From: Lama glama
Taxonomy: Eukaryota
Assembly: GCA_028534125.1 (NCBI GenBank)
Contig: CM052816.1
Location: forward strand, 1,178,001-1,242,000
Length of the DNA stretch: 64,000 bases
Reading direction: 5' to 3'
Part shown: piece by piece, positions 13,504-27,012 of the stretch
Numbering within the stretch: the stretch's first letter is position 1
How the letters are laid out: each line of letters begins with the position of its first letter
Made by a program: the position numbers and the translations under genes
The notes under the pieces: generated by a model
Seen by the model: the letters and a program-made list of their open reading frames with translations, nothing else
What the model was told of the DNA's origin: nothing
Database searches by the model: none

Positions 13504-14029
13504 AAGGTTTTCTCCTTGATTTAAAAAAATTTTTTTTTAAAGATTGAGGGAAAGAATACATTAAAATTCTTCTAGTCTCAGGTCTGTTGCTAGTTAAGGA
13601 AAGCCCTGGGGTTACAGGACTTTTTCAAAGTCAGCTTCTTCATGGATAATGTTGGGGACAGGAAATAATTGATTCAGGCCTTGGGCACCTTCCCTGTGCA
13701 CCACTCTAGGGCTACTGAGGGGTTGTGTCCTGGCCCCCCGGCTCGGGGGACAAGCCAGTAGAGAAGAGGTCCCAGCATGAAATCTCCACCAGGCTTTGCC
13801 TTCACCAGACCTGCCCTCCCTCAGAGAAGACAGGGAGGGCCCGCAACCTCCCTCTGTAGTGTTGATCAAGGTTTGAAATTTCGCAATTGCCTCATCCTTT
13901 GATGGCCGACTCTCCGTCTGACTGGGCCATAAACTCCATGAGAGTGAATAACATGTACCATCTTAGTTTTTTTTCTTTGTCTTCAGACTGCCTTTTTTTT
14001 TTCTTTTTCAGACTGCTTCCATCTTATTT

Positions 14030-15190
14030 TTTTTTAACAATAGCTTTATCGAAATAAAATTCACATACCATAAATTCACCCCATTAAAGTACACATTCAG
14101 TTGCTTGTGTATTCATGGAATTGTGCAGCCACCCACACTATCTAATTTCAGCACATTGTCACCATCCCTGAAAGAAACCCCTTATGCATTAGCAGGTCCC
14201 CCATTGGCCTCCCCACCCACCCCAGCTCCCAGCAATCATTAATCCACTTTCTCTTTGCATGGATTTGCCTATACTGGACATTTCATATAAATGAGATCAT
14301 ACAACATGTGGCCTTTTATGATTGGCTTTTTTCACTTAGCATGTTTTCAAGGTTGATCCATGTTGCAACATGTATCAATACTTCATTCCTTTTTACGGCC
14401 TAATAATATTCCATTTTATTTCTCTACTTGTTAGTTGATGGGCATTGGGTTGAGCTGTTTCCATTTGGGGGCTATTATGAATAACGCCAATATAACTAAC
14501 TATTCCTGAACAAGTTTTTGTGTGGTCGTGTGTTTCCATTTCTCGAGTGTATATACGGCAAGGATGGAATTGCTGGGCCACGTGGTAACTCTGCTTCACG
14601 TTGTGAGGAGCTGCCGAGTTGTTTTCCACAGTTGGCCGCACCATGCTACTTTCCCACCAGCAGCGTATGAGGGCCCCAGCTTGTGCACATCCTCCCCAAC
14701 ATTGCCGATTTTCTGGCTTTGTTTTTGTTTTTATCATAGCCACTCTGATGGGTGTGAGGTGGTATCTCATTGTGGTTTTGATTTGCATTTCCCCGATGAT
14801 TCCTGATGTTGAACATCTTTGCATGCACTTACTGGCTATTCCTGTATCTTCTTTGAAAAAATGTCTCTTCAGTCCTCTGCCCATTTTTAAATTCTGTTGT
14901 TTGTCTTTCTGCTGCCGAGTGGTAGGAGTTTTTTATGTATTCTGAGTTAGAGTCTCTTGTTGATATATGACTTCCAAACATGTTCTCCCCTCCTGTGGGC
15001 TGGCCTTTCACTTTCTTAAAACTTTCTGAAAGTTTAGATTTTTGAAGTCTAACTTACGTTTTTTTTTTCCTTCTGTTCCTTCTGCTTTGGATGTCATATC
15101 CAAGAAACCATCGCCTGATCTAAAGTCAAGAAGATTTGCTCTTTTTTTTTCCCAAGAGTTTTATAGTTTTAATCTTGTATTTAGGCCTCT
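14030..15190 (-). mobile_element. Old LINE-1 fragment (L1MA/MB-like)
   Basis: ORF 14393..14884(-) contains L1 ORF2-like EMQIKTTMRYHLTPIRVAMIK. 3' UTR text gaaataaaattcacataccataaattcaccc. Confidence 0.85.
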
Positions 15191-16316
15191 GTCTACCTCA
15201 TTCCAGGTTTTACCCCAGAGCCTAGAATAATGTCTGATGTTTAGAAGATACTTGATACTTATTAAATGAAATACATCAATTGATATCTCTTGAATGAATG
15301 AACAGACATCTCTAGTCCCAGATCTGTTGCTACTTAAGTGAAGCCCCAGGATTAAGACAGGGGTTATATGGTGGACGGGCAGTTCGTTTTAACCTCCTGC
15401 CCCGGTGGACCCGCCCCCTCATGAGCTCTCACCATTCCTTTTCTGCCAGCCTCTCCTTTCTTATGTGTCCTCAATTTTACTTCTCCTTAGTTTCCCGTAT
15501 TTAACAGACTGTTGCAAAGACACGTCCTAAATAAATCGTGTCTGGTCTACTGGTCTACTTCGGTTAAATTGTAAGTATGGTAGATACACAAGAAAAGTTT
15601 TTCCATCATAAAAATCTTGGTTGGGTGATAATATCTTGTTGGTTTTTAATTCAGACGGCACAGCAGTGTATAAACTACAAACGAAAAGTCCCCTCCTTGG
15701 GGGACATATTATGTCTAGCACTTATTTTTAGAAAAAAAAATGTGTGTGTGCAGAGAGAGAAAAGGTAAAATCTGGGTGAAGGCTGTTGGGGAGTTCTTTG
15801 TGCTCTTAACAACTTTTTTCACGTTGAAGTTTTTGAAAACAGTGTCTCTCGCAATCCCACCCACAGAGGGAATTAAGCCAAGGACCGAGAGGTTGCTGTG
15901 TGCTAGGATGGGAGCGCACATCCACTTTTCCTTCCATCCTCTAGCTATTGTGGAGGAAAGGAAGGTGAAGGCGGGTGACCAAGGTCATCCAACCTAGTTG
16001 AGTAGAAGAACCAGAATTTGGAGGTGGGTCTCCAACCTCAAGGCCTACCTGTTTTATGGCCTTGTGCAACTCAGGCACTCCACCTTTCCCTGGGAATGGC
16101 CGGCTTCTTTGAGCTGCCTCCTGCCCTGTCGTCACGTTCCTGACACTTCCCGAGCCTGTGCTCAGTGAGGGCGGATGGGAGACAGTCCAGGACTTTCTGG
16201 GCTGTGGGGCTGCCAGCCGGGGACTTGAAGGAAAACGAACAGGGTTTGGCGGGAATTGGTGCCCCCTTACCTCTCGGGAGGCAGCCCTGACCCCGCTTGT
16301 GTCCTGCCTATTCCAG

Positions 16317-16530
16317 GAGCTGAAGCTGCCTGCCTTCCGAGCCCACTCCCCGCTCCTGAAGAGCCGCCGGTTCTTTGTCGACATCTTGACCCTGCTGAGC
16401 AGCCACTGCCAGCTCTGCCCCGCCGCCCGGCACCTGGCCGTCTACCTGCTGGACCACTTCCTGGATCGCTATAACATCACCGCCTCCAAGCAGCTCTACG
16501 CCGTGGCCGTCTCCTGCCTCCTGCTCGCAA
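16317..16530 (+). CDS. CCNJL: Cyclin J-like, internal coding exon (214 nt; N-terminal cyclin box)
   Basis: ttccag|GAG CTG AAG ... GCA A|gtatgc. Encodes ELKLPAFRAHSPLLKSRRFFVDILTLLSSHCQLCPAARHLAVYLLDHFLDRYNITASKQLYAVAVSCLLLA, which matches the mammalian CCNJL cyclin box. The start-codon exon is not seen in the window. Confidence 0.96.
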
Positions 16531-19104
16531 GTATGCGGACCTCTCCTTCTTCCCCAGGGCTCTCCTGGGTCATTCCACACCTCTGTGGTCTTTGCACGTC
16601 TTCTGTGTTCATCCTTAGCTGAATGTGAACTATAGTAATAATAACCAACATTTTCTTTAGCATCTATAATGTACCAGACTAAGGGAGAATTTTAGCAGCT
16701 TGATCTTAATGAATCCACACAGTGACCCTAGAGGACAGATACTTTTACTACCTCATTTCACTGAAGCACAGAGAGGTTAAGAAACTTGCCTTGGGTCACC
16801 CAGCTTGCCTGTAGGAGATAGGATTTGAGCCTAGAACTACGTGACGCCAGAACCTGTGTCTTAGCTGCATGGCACCTGCTTTCTGGCACAGGGCCTCTGA
16901 ATGTGCTGGGAGGGGAACCCAGCAACCACTGTTCTTAGAGGTGTTCAGAGACGTGACTGCTTGCACGGGGCCAACCAGGACCCATTTTGTAGTCACCAGG
17001 CGTGGGCACAGGTTTCTTGGAGTTTTTAGCTTCCGATGAGGCTTTGCGAAAAACACGGCATAGCATTGACCATCCGTCTGTCTGCCTTAGTAGGAAATAC
17101 TATGTGCTGAGGCTGCTGCTCTGGTCATCTGCTTAAAACACAGTCCACCGTGCCACCCTGTCATTAAAAATCCCCCTTGGTTTACCAACAGTTTTAGGAT
17201 AAGGACCAGCCATCAGGGTCCTGCCTCTCTGACCTCATGCCTTTCTCCTCTTCGATCCCTGGGTTCCAGCCAAGCCACCTCCTGTCTCCCATCTTTGCAC
17301 ATGCTGTTTCCCTGCCCAGATTTTAATTATCACCCGCCTTCCCCACTAAGCAGTGAGTTTCAGGGAGGGAAAGGAGCCTGGCATGATGTAAGGTCTCCAA
17401 AAAAAGGTGTCTATGGACTAAAGGAAATGAATGGAGCTCGGGGTTCTTTCGGAGCTGGTCTCCCACACGTCTCCCAGCTGCCCTTCATGCAGAGGAGTGA
17501 AGTGACACCACAGTGACCAGCGGCAGTCACATTTCCTTGATGGTCCAGTATTTTCTCCTCCGAATTCAGTCAGACTTTACAGTCTCCTCTACAGTGTGCT
17601 GTTGTCCTATTTCTTTTTTGGGGACCCTCCCCAGTCCTTGATGACTGCAGATGCCTTGAGCAGACGGTGCCCATTTCCTCCTGTGGCTTTGTCCGTCCCT
17701 GGCACGCAGCTGTAAACCCTCCAGCACCATCACCCAGTTCCAGACACGTGGCTTCAGAGTCTTGACAAAATTCTGTCTTGTTTTCCACCCTGGCACTTTC
17801 CACTCGCTGTTATTTATAAACCCTTTGGCTGCTTTGGGTTTACAGCCTCCTGATTTGTGGTTTTCTCTATCTTGGGGCGAGTTGAATTTCTTGTGTTATA
17901 CAGAGGAGCCAGTCTTGCTGGGAGTCCAGTCTGCTCACTGCTTACGTGTCCTAAACCACACCTGCACACAGCTCCCTTTTCGTCTTGGGAAGAGATGGGG
18001 GGCTCTGGACACATGCCCGTCAGTGGGGGGTGAGATGAGCCTCGCATTTCAGGAGACCCTAGAGATGTCTGCGCCGTGGCCTCTGGCCTCCTGCTGTCTG
18101 TGATCTGTGGACTGTATTGCGGCCCCTGGGGGCTGGGGACTTGTATTTCCATCGGGCCGCGGAGGCTCCCTTGGCGTCTGTCTGGGGAGCTGGGACAAGA
18201 GGCGCACCCTGGGGACTCCTTTGTGCCGCTGCCGCCGCCAGGGCAGAGGGAGGGGTTCTTTCAGATGGAGAAGCAGACGCCCCCCACCCCACATGTCTGA
18301 GGGCAGCAGCCAGCCTCGGGCGGCAGGAGCGGACTTTTCAGGACACCTGCCATATGCTCAGAGGCCCCAGGAAATAAAAGTTTCCATGACAGCCTGAAAT
18401 CGTATTCATTACCCGCCTCCCCTCTCCCCAGGCGGACTGTCGGCCACAAGGCCGGTCACCTTGCCTCAGGGCGGGTTGAGATCTGCTAATTTCATAGCAA
18501 ATAATTCCCAGATAAGAAGGGTGAGAGTTCACCTTGCCCTTACTTATCCATTCTTAGGTTTTGAGAGCCACTTCTGGGTAAGGGCTTGGGGCAGGTGGAA
18601 CCCTCTCACCTACACATCTCTGCCCCTGTGAAGCAGGGGCCAGCCCAGGGCCCGTGACTCCAGGCCTGCGAAGGAGGCAGAAAAGCCATAGCTTGTAGGT
18701 CATTCCATGGTGGCCCCGTGGCAGAGCCGCCCGTTTGCCTCTCTGTGACCACGTTAACTGCATTTCCTACCTGGACTCCGGAGAGGATCCTACTTTCAAT
18801 ATACCCTAGCTATAGATACACCACAAATGGAGTCTCGCCTCTCTCGTATTTAGTCTTTCAGCTTGTTGTTTAATTAAAAAGATAATTGGGCCACGCGGGG
18901 ACCCCATGACTTGCAGGTGAGATGGCATTGACGGTGCTTCATGATAACCGCATCCCGGCGGGCAGCAGCTTCGTCACCGGCGGGTCCCTCTCCGCATGCC
19001 CAGCCCACGTCACGTGGAAGCCTCACAGCCGGCCTGTGCGGTCTGGCTGTCAACTGCCCGTTGTGTAGGTTCAGAGAGGCTCAGGGTCACACAGCTCGGA
19101 ATTT

Positions 19105-19690
19105 TGCTTTTTTTTTTTTTTATTGAAGTAGAATTCATATCACAGCATAGAATCCAGCTTTTTAACCATTGTCAAGTGTCCAGTTCCGTGGCATTTATCA
19201 CATTTACATTGTGTGCGGCCGTCGCTGCTCCCCAGTTCCAGAACATGTCCATCACCCCAAAAGGCGCCTGTGCTCCCCTTAAGCAGTCACTTCCCGTCCC
19301 TTCCTTCCCCCAGCCTCTGGCAACCACCCGTCTGTTCTGTGTCAGTTTGTGTGAAAAGGAACCATACAATTTGTGACTTTCGGGGGTCTGGCTTCTATTA
19401 TGTTGTGTTCTCAAGGCCCGTCGGTGTTGGAGCATGAATCAGCACTTCAGTTCTTGTTATGGCTGAGTAATGCTCCACTGTGTGGATGGACCACAGTTTG
19501 TTTATTCATTCATCTGCTGATGGACATTTGGGTTGTTTTAGCCTTTTGGCTACTGGGATTGGTGCTTCTGGGAATACTGGGTGTGCATTTTGTTTGAACA
19601 ACTGCTTTCATTTCTTTGGGGTATTAACCTAGGTGGAGAATTCCTGGTCATGTATGGTCATTCTGGGTTGGACTTTTTAAGGAAACTTGG
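19105..19690 (-). mobile_element. Old LINE-1 3' fragment
   Basis: poly(T), then attgaagtagaattcatat...ccagaacatgtccatcacccc...gatggacatttgggttgttt. Confidence 0.75.
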
Positions 19691-20762
19691 AGTTTTGCTT
19701 TTGCTTGGTTGTTGCCGCTCAGAGATGACTGGGTGCAGAGTCCTCAGCCCCAGGGCGTGGACCAGCCTGAGGAAGGAGCGGGGGAGAGGAAGAAAGCCAG
19801 GAAGGCGAGAGGCATGCCCGGTGGTATTTTGCCAGAGTAGCGTGGTCTTAAATGTAAGCCCTTATGCTGATGGTACAAAAAGTATGAGATACATTTTTAG
19901 TGTTAGAACAAAATCCAAAAGATACAGACTCACCTAGTGTAAAAAGTCAGTTTCCCCCCACACCTGTATCCCACTCCCACGTTTGGAGTATATCCTTCCA
20001 GACCTACATGTACTTGTTATGTATTTCCATAATTGGGAAAAGAAACCCAGGGGTGCGGAAAGGGAATGAATCAGAGATAAACTGCCCAGTAAGCAAAATT
20101 ACCAGATTCCCTCTCTTCCTCCCTTTTCCATTCTCTTTCCCCCCTCTTTTCACCTAATCCCAATCCCATCATACTTTCTATTTGCAAACTTCTGTTTTCT
20201 TTCCCTGTGACTTCCAGACCCCTCCCGACTCCGTGGGAAAACAAGGTTTCTCAGTGCTGAGCTGTAGGTGAGCCCTGTCCTGCCCCCCGGCCAACGGCTT
20301 CTGGTTTGTGAAAAAAGTGGAAGCCAAGGGTGACAAGTGCATGTGTCTTGGGGGTAAAGGTCTGACTTCAGATTTTTGTAGGTGGGCCTGAGTCCGACGC
20401 TGGCCTTCATCTCAGCCCTCCTCCTCTTCCCCAGGAGAGGGAAGTGTCAAGCAAGAGGGTGGGCCCAAGGCCTTTCTATAAGGAAAGGACCCCTCTCTGG
20501 GCGCGGGTCTCCTGCAGGGCTGGGTCAGTTAGCCCTGTCACGCTGTGCTACCTGTGAAAAGGCCCATCTCCTGGCTGCAGATTTTTAAAATTAGAAATGG
20601 CATGCTCACTTGTAAATGGGATTCAAAGAATAAAATTTAAAAACCTGTTGCCTAGCCCGCTCTCCAGAGATAACTTCTGGAAACAGTTTCTTGTATCTTC
20701 TTCCAAAATCTATAGAGTGTGTTTTCTAGAAATGTTCTGCGTATAATATACAAACACACCGT

Positions 20763-21345
20763 CAGCCCTCAGGATTCCAAGAGTCCGTGCATGCAAATGC
20801 ACCTACTCGCTAAAATTTATTTCTAACTCCAGAAGCAATACTCCTGGAACTTTCGGGGTTGTTTATGGACACGTGCGGGGCAGCAAAAGACGTGAGTCGC
20901 CCAGCGTGCGTCTTCCCAGCTGGGCTCGAGCACGGCAGCACTGCCTCCTGGGTTCACTCTCGTGCTTAACACCAGCGTCCTTTTCTCCCTCTGTCTAGTG
21001 TCACATCTTCTCATTTTTCTGCTTGTTGGTGGTTTTGCTGTTGAAAATGCCCCCCGACCATGGTGCTGAAATGCAGCGCCGTGTTCCTGCGTTCAGGGAG
21101 GCTGCGATGGGTGTGCCTTAGGAGAACACGCGTATTAGATAAGCTTTGTTCAGGAATGGGGGACGGTGCTGTTGGCTGTGAGTTCAGTGGTCATGGATCA
21201 GCCGTATATTAAACAGAAATACACCAAAGAGGTTATGTGTTGATCGACTGTGATCAGAGGCGCGCAGAAACCTCACCCTGCTTCTCCCCCTGGGGGTGTG
21301 GTTGTGTAGCCACCAGATCAGTGTTCACAGCGAATGGTCAGAATC
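20763..21345. mobile_element. Tigger4/Zombi-like TcMar DNA transposon fossil
   Basis: gcacctactcgctaaaatttatttctaactccagaagcaatactc...gtgccttaggagaacacgcgtattagataagctt resembles Tigger4 as recalled. Confidence 0.7.
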
Positions 21346-22134
21346 GAATACATTAACACAAATGGATTAACCTCAAAGGAACTTTCTTCTTAGCACATTA
21401 GGGCACATCCTTCCCATCAGCCTGTGTGGATTTAACTTACTCTTTTTACCGGCTGCAAAATTCTCCATACTATAAACACTGCCATCTGTTGAGGGATTCC
21501 TCTGTCAGGGGACAATTACATAGCCACCCACTTTTTTCACTGCCAAGAACAGTATGACAGCAAGCATCCTTTTCCCCGCGTCTTTGTACACTGAAGTAAG
21601 TCTGCGAGATAAATTCCCAGAGTGGGGGTTGCCTTGGTCCAAGGTGTGTGCATTAAAGATTTTGGTAGGTAGCACTGAATTGTCTTGCAGAGGTTTTAAC
21701 CAGCAGCTGAGGAGATCCCTTTTTTCTTTTTTCTTAACTTCTGAACTTAATGCGAGGGAGCCCTTGGAATCCTGCTTCCCCATCTGAGCAGCACACCCTC
21801 AGAGGAGGGGAGGAGCAGGCCCTCCCCTGTCCGGCCCCTCATCGCTGTCTGTGTGGGGCGTCCCCTGTGCTCCCAGGGGAGAGCCTTTGCTTCCCACCGT
21901 CCTGCCGTGTCCTGGCCAGGACCCCCAGGTGAGGAATGAGTTTCCAGACCAATTGCTTTTAAGGCTCCTTGAGCTAGAAATCAATAGCCTCATGTCTTAG
22001 GACAGGTACCAAAAAAAAGGCACTGCCTCTAGGCCCCAGGAGGTTCCAGGAGAGGCCGGTCTTTCTCCCAGTAAACCGCCTTCACTTCCCCTCACTCACC
22101 CCTGCAGCCCTCCCCTCCTTCTGCTTCATAATTA

Positions 22135-22228
22135 CTATTTTATTTTATTAATGGAACTGCTGGGGATTGAACCCAGGACCTCGTGCATGCTAAGCACGCA
22201 CTCCACCACTGAGCTATGCCCTCCCGCC
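22135..22228 (-). mobile_element. tRNA-derived camelid SINE
   Basis: ctggggattgaacccaggacctcgtgcatgctaagcacgcactccaccactgagctatgccctccc. Confidence 0.9.
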
Positions 22229-25045
22229 CCCTCCCCCTGCTTTGATTACTGTTGCAGAATTCTGAGAAGCAGCTCGTTTGACAGCAGGGTGGGGAGCAGG
22301 GGTCGCCCCGGTGGAGATTTTGGAAACTTGAAAGCAGCCCTAATCCCCCTGAATGTCCCTCCTGGACAAGGCAGAGGGAGGGCTCATCAGCTCTCCCCAG
22401 AGCCAGGAATGCTTGAGACCCCTCACTGCAGGCAGCGGATGCAAAGAGGGCAATTTTTCCACGTGATCTTGTTCAGGGGTGCACTTCAGACAAAGCAAGA
22501 GACTTATTTGTAGGATTAAACCCCTAACTGCAAGGAAATGTGGCTGGAAATAATTTAACATCCCCTGCGTCTCACACAAGAGTGGCCAGGAGGAGGCCTG
22601 CATTTCCTCCCTGCAGTGGTTTCACGTTTCAGAAACCAGGATGGGTCTTACCTTTGATGTGTGCACTTCGTATGACCATAGTTTATTGTTTCCTCCACTG
22701 CAGCATCAGTGGTGCGTCCTCTAATCAATGGCGTGTGGGCGGTGGCCACACAGCACAGGGCCGACTGGAAGATGTGGCCTGTCACTTGAGGGCCACGCTG
22801 AGCAGATCCGGGCTCGGACCTCCAGTGTTACCGCACAGTGAGGACGTGGTGATTTTTCCATTTCCTGTCCCCATCTCTGCAGGCTGGCAGGCTTAGAACT
22901 ATTTGGGGGAGGGATTTTGTGTGAAGTGCCTGTCAGCTGACTGGGCTGGAATGTCAGAAATTGGATCATTTGCCGCAGCAAGTCTAGTGCCCAGACCTGT
23001 TTGTCCAGGGGCTGGGGTTCTGGTCTCTGAGATTTTTCTGTGGGGGAGGGAGGCTCTTAAGCTGCATGGGTTAATTGAACAGGCAGGGTCCAGGAGCCCT
23101 TGACCCTACATGGGTAGAACATTCAAAAAACATTTATTCCACCTCTGCCGTGTGCCACACGCTGGGCTCAGCCTCGAGGAGTCGGGGGTGGACAGTAGGG
23201 GTGTCTACAGGCCATGTCGTTGGCGATGGTTCATACCACACACATGAACCTACTATGTGCTGAGCCTGTGAGACAGTGGGGGCACAAAGGAGATCAAGAC
23301 CCTCCCCTAAAGATGCACCCTTCAAGCCGGGCATTGCCAACAGGTCTTGGCACATGCCAAGAACAGGCCAGTCGCCCTTCTGAGAAAATCCGAGTGTCCT
23401 TACTGTTAGGAGACCAGCCCGGCTCACACACGCAGCAGGAAGATGACTGGGACGTTGATGTCAGGCCCCCCGTCTGCTCCTCACACTCTGTGTTAGGCTG
23501 GCTCTCTGCTCTTCCTGCAGCCGGCAGCCCGGTCAGGTCTGGCACAGAGCCTGGTGAGCTGGGAGCGGGCATTCTGCAAAGCAGTGACCTTCATTACAGG
23601 GGAGAAGTCCATTCCTCTGCACAAAGCATATGCTGGACCGTGGCCCCAGATGCCAGCCGTGCACATGACAAGGGGCCCCCACCCCACGGCCCCTGCTTTT
23701 ACAGTCAGTGAAATTATGTGGGTCCCTTGTGAAGAGGAACAGAAAGGAACCCGGGCTTTGCCGGAGTCATCGTGTGCAGTCCTCACACCCATTGCTCCAT
23801 CCTGAGACGGGAAGTCCTCGCAGCCAGAAGGGAAGCCGGTGTGTGACCCAGCTGGCCGACTGCCACCTCTGACCTCGGAGGCATTTTTACAATTTCCTCC
23901 TGAAGAAAACAACCGCACAGCCTCGCCTCCAGTCCAGAGTTGGACTCGGAAACTGAGTCAGCCTGTCAGGAACGTGCTTGCATTCATTCATTCAGTTTTC
24001 TTGAGCTCTGCTCTGTGCCACAGACTGGAGATGCAGCCACGAATAGAACAGCCTTGCTTTTAAGAGAGGGAGGAGGGAGGCACTGTGAGGCAGCATGAAG
24101 ATGGGGGCTTGATCTGTTTCGTGCTCCGCTGCCTCCCGGGCTCAGCACGTAGTGGGTACGTGTGTGTGGAATCAGTCTTCAACGACGGGGACTGTAGACA
24201 TTCTTTAAGGACCTTTCTTTGTGTCCTGAGGAAGGAAGGGAGCTCAAGCAGGGGAAGTCCCAGGTTCACCTTCACACGACCCTGGTGGGCCCCTGATGCC
24301 CAGGTCTAGCTGGGATTACAGGCTTCTTTCTGCAGGACATTTCCTAACCTCCAGATCCCTGGAGGGGACACAGCTCTTGGATGTGGCGCCTCTGCAGCAG
24401 GTTTCAAGGACACAGTTGGAGGAGGGTGTGCTCCCTGCTTCCCACCCGCTCTGGTCTGCACAGCTTCCTCCCTTCCCTGAAGACCACTGCCCAAGCACCG
24501 TTTTATAGCTGGAGGGCTCTCTCGCTCTGTTCTGGCTCTCTCTCTCCCACCTCAAATCTTATCCGCACATTAAACTGTCATTGTGCCCGTGATTGCACGG
24601 TTGGTCCTGAATCAAGCAGAGGCTTATAAAGCAGATTGGGTACCAGTCTTTGTTGATCACCGTTGAAAGCACGCTGAGCCCTCATCACATTCCGTCTACT
24701 TCGGCCGCTCCCACTGCACGGGCCCCAGAGGCTGAGACTCGCCCCAGACCACACAGCCAGTGAGTGGCTGAGCCCCCGGGGAACCCAGGAGGATCCCTGC
24801 ACGGTGCCTGCTCTGCCCCTCCGTGCTGCACCGCGAAGGAAGACAGCCTTCGGCGGGTGCTCTCCACAGAGTAGTTTCCTGGCTTCTCCATCAAATGGCT
24901 CAAAATCTGTCTCCCATGATTCCTCAGAAAGACACATATCTGCTGGACATCTGAGCAGTGCCCCTTTGGGGACAAGTAGGAAGCACCCTGTGGCCTCAAT
25001 AACTACAAAAAGCCAAAGAGTTTTCTTTTTTAATGCAAAAACTAG

Positions 25046-25175
25046 TGGAGAGGGTATAGCTCAGTGGCAGAGTGCGTGCTTAGCATGCACAGGGTCCTGG
25101 GTTCAGTTAAACAAACAAGCAAAGCAACCTAATTCCCCTCCCCCCCCCCAAAAAGCCCCAAAAATAATAATTAAA
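25046..25175 (+). mobile_element. tRNA-derived camelid SINE
   Basis: ggagagggtatagctcagtggcagagtgcgtgcttagcatgcacagggtcctgggttca...cctaattcccctccccc. Confidence 0.88.
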
Positions 25176-27012
25176 AAAATCTTTTTAAGGGAAAAAAACT
25201 GGTTTGGGGGTGCGGTACTGTTCTTTATTACAGAAAGCATCCCCCTCAGGGATTCACTCTTTGACTTCAATTCTGCCGTTGGACGAAAAAGCTAAGTCTT
25301 GTTGATCATAAAGATCTTTAGCGGAAAGGCTCTGGAATTAAATTACTAAGTAGCAGAAGGAATGATGGAGACAAAAGCATTTGTGGAGAAACAGGCGGTT
25401 CGACGAAGGGAGGCCGAAGCTGGCCTGACACCCACATCCCTGGGAATTCCTGCACCCAGATCAATGTACTCGTCACCGAGACTTTCTGGGGCTGCAGGAT
25501 CCTCGTGACTGTACCTGAGACTTCCTGCTTGTGGTGTAGAAAGCTCTGGACGTTTTAGCCATTTATGCATTCATTTAAAAAAAAAAAAGAACTATTAAGT
25601 ATTGACTTTATGCTGGCTGTTGTGAAGGGCGTCTGCAATGTTCTACAAGATGGATGTGGTCCCCGTCCTCACAGGGTAAGTAGCCAGCTGGACTTTTCAT
25701 TTTGCTCTCATCCTTAATGGCTAGGATGGTGGGGGCAACTCCCTGAACCTGTCTGAGCTTCTGATTCCGTGTGGAGGACACTCCCAGCCTCTGGGGTTGT
25801 TCCCAGAACGAACTGAGAGATCTTGTGAGGGCATGTAACCAGCACCTCCCAGGGAGGCTGCCTGCGTGGCTTGATGCCTGCTGTGCTGTGCCTGGAGCGT
25901 GGGATGCTGAGGGGGACCAAGTGTGAAGCTCCCTGCCCTCCGGGGCTCCCATCCTGGTGTGTGGATTCTCTCCCTCTCGCTAACCAGCTGGGAGGCCTGG
26001 GGAACTCCCACCCCTGTGAGGAGGACCCATCCGGGAGAAACCTTGGCCTCCTTCTCTGAGAACCTTGAAACCACCAGCAGAAGAGTGGAGTTCAGGGTCA
26101 CAGTCAAGGGGGAAGGAGGCTGGAGCCACTCTAGGTCCACTCAGGGCGTCCAGCACAGCCCCACCAGTGGGATCGTGGGGCTGGGGGAGCCTTTGGCTGG
26201 GCTGATTTCCACCCCTTTTTCAGAGCCTGTAAGAAAATGTTTGTAGCTTTGGCTGTGAACCCTAGTTCGTCGCTACCCAACTAGCAGAACTTTAGAAGAT
26301 GATCCCTGGGAGTGCAAAGTTCAATACATAATACAGCAGCAGCTGCCACCATTCATGGGGCACGTCCTGTGCCCTGAGTCCTGCGCCAGTCCTGTCACCT
26401 GTGACCTCCTTGAGCCCTCCCTACCACCCTTGGGGTTCGGGTTTCCAGGCAATAGCCTGAAATCATACAAGTTGTAATGGGTGAGGGTGGCGAACTGGCC
26501 TGAACTTAAAGTTCTTGGCAGGGCATTCTTGCCTGTTACCTGTCAGGACTTCACCCAGAATCCAGGCTCCCCCGGGTCAAGGGATGCTCAGCCCTAAGTA
26601 AATATTATCAGGACTAGATGTAAATAAAGCTGGCCAGTTCTGCCCCTCCTAATGGTCACTGGTCTCCCCTCTGAGGAAGGAAGAATTAACATCAGAAAGG
26701 TCTCCCTTCAGCCTGGCCCAGCCTGGGAACTGAAGGGGCCAGTGTTTCCTCTCCCAGATACTGGGAAAAAGGCCTTTCCACCGGAGCTTTCTCTTTCCTC
26801 TTGGGTGCTCACACCTCCTCTACTGCCTGGCACTTCCCACGATCACCTCGGAAGATGTCAGGCCCACCAGCCATTGATCCCTCTGGCCTGCCTTCCCTTC
26901 CATTTACATCAGCACCCTACAAAGTAGGGTCGGGGGCCGCTGGGAGGGGGAGGGGTGGCCATGGGGGGTCTCAATTCCTGATCAGATTTTCTTTCTCATT
27001 CTCAGATGAAAA

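Noticed and set aside
1..16316. CCNJL start-codon exon (MMDEPWWEG...-like)
   Set aside because: Not found in any frame. It probably lies upstream of the window; it cannot be formally excluded from the N gap, but the gap abuts L1 sequence.
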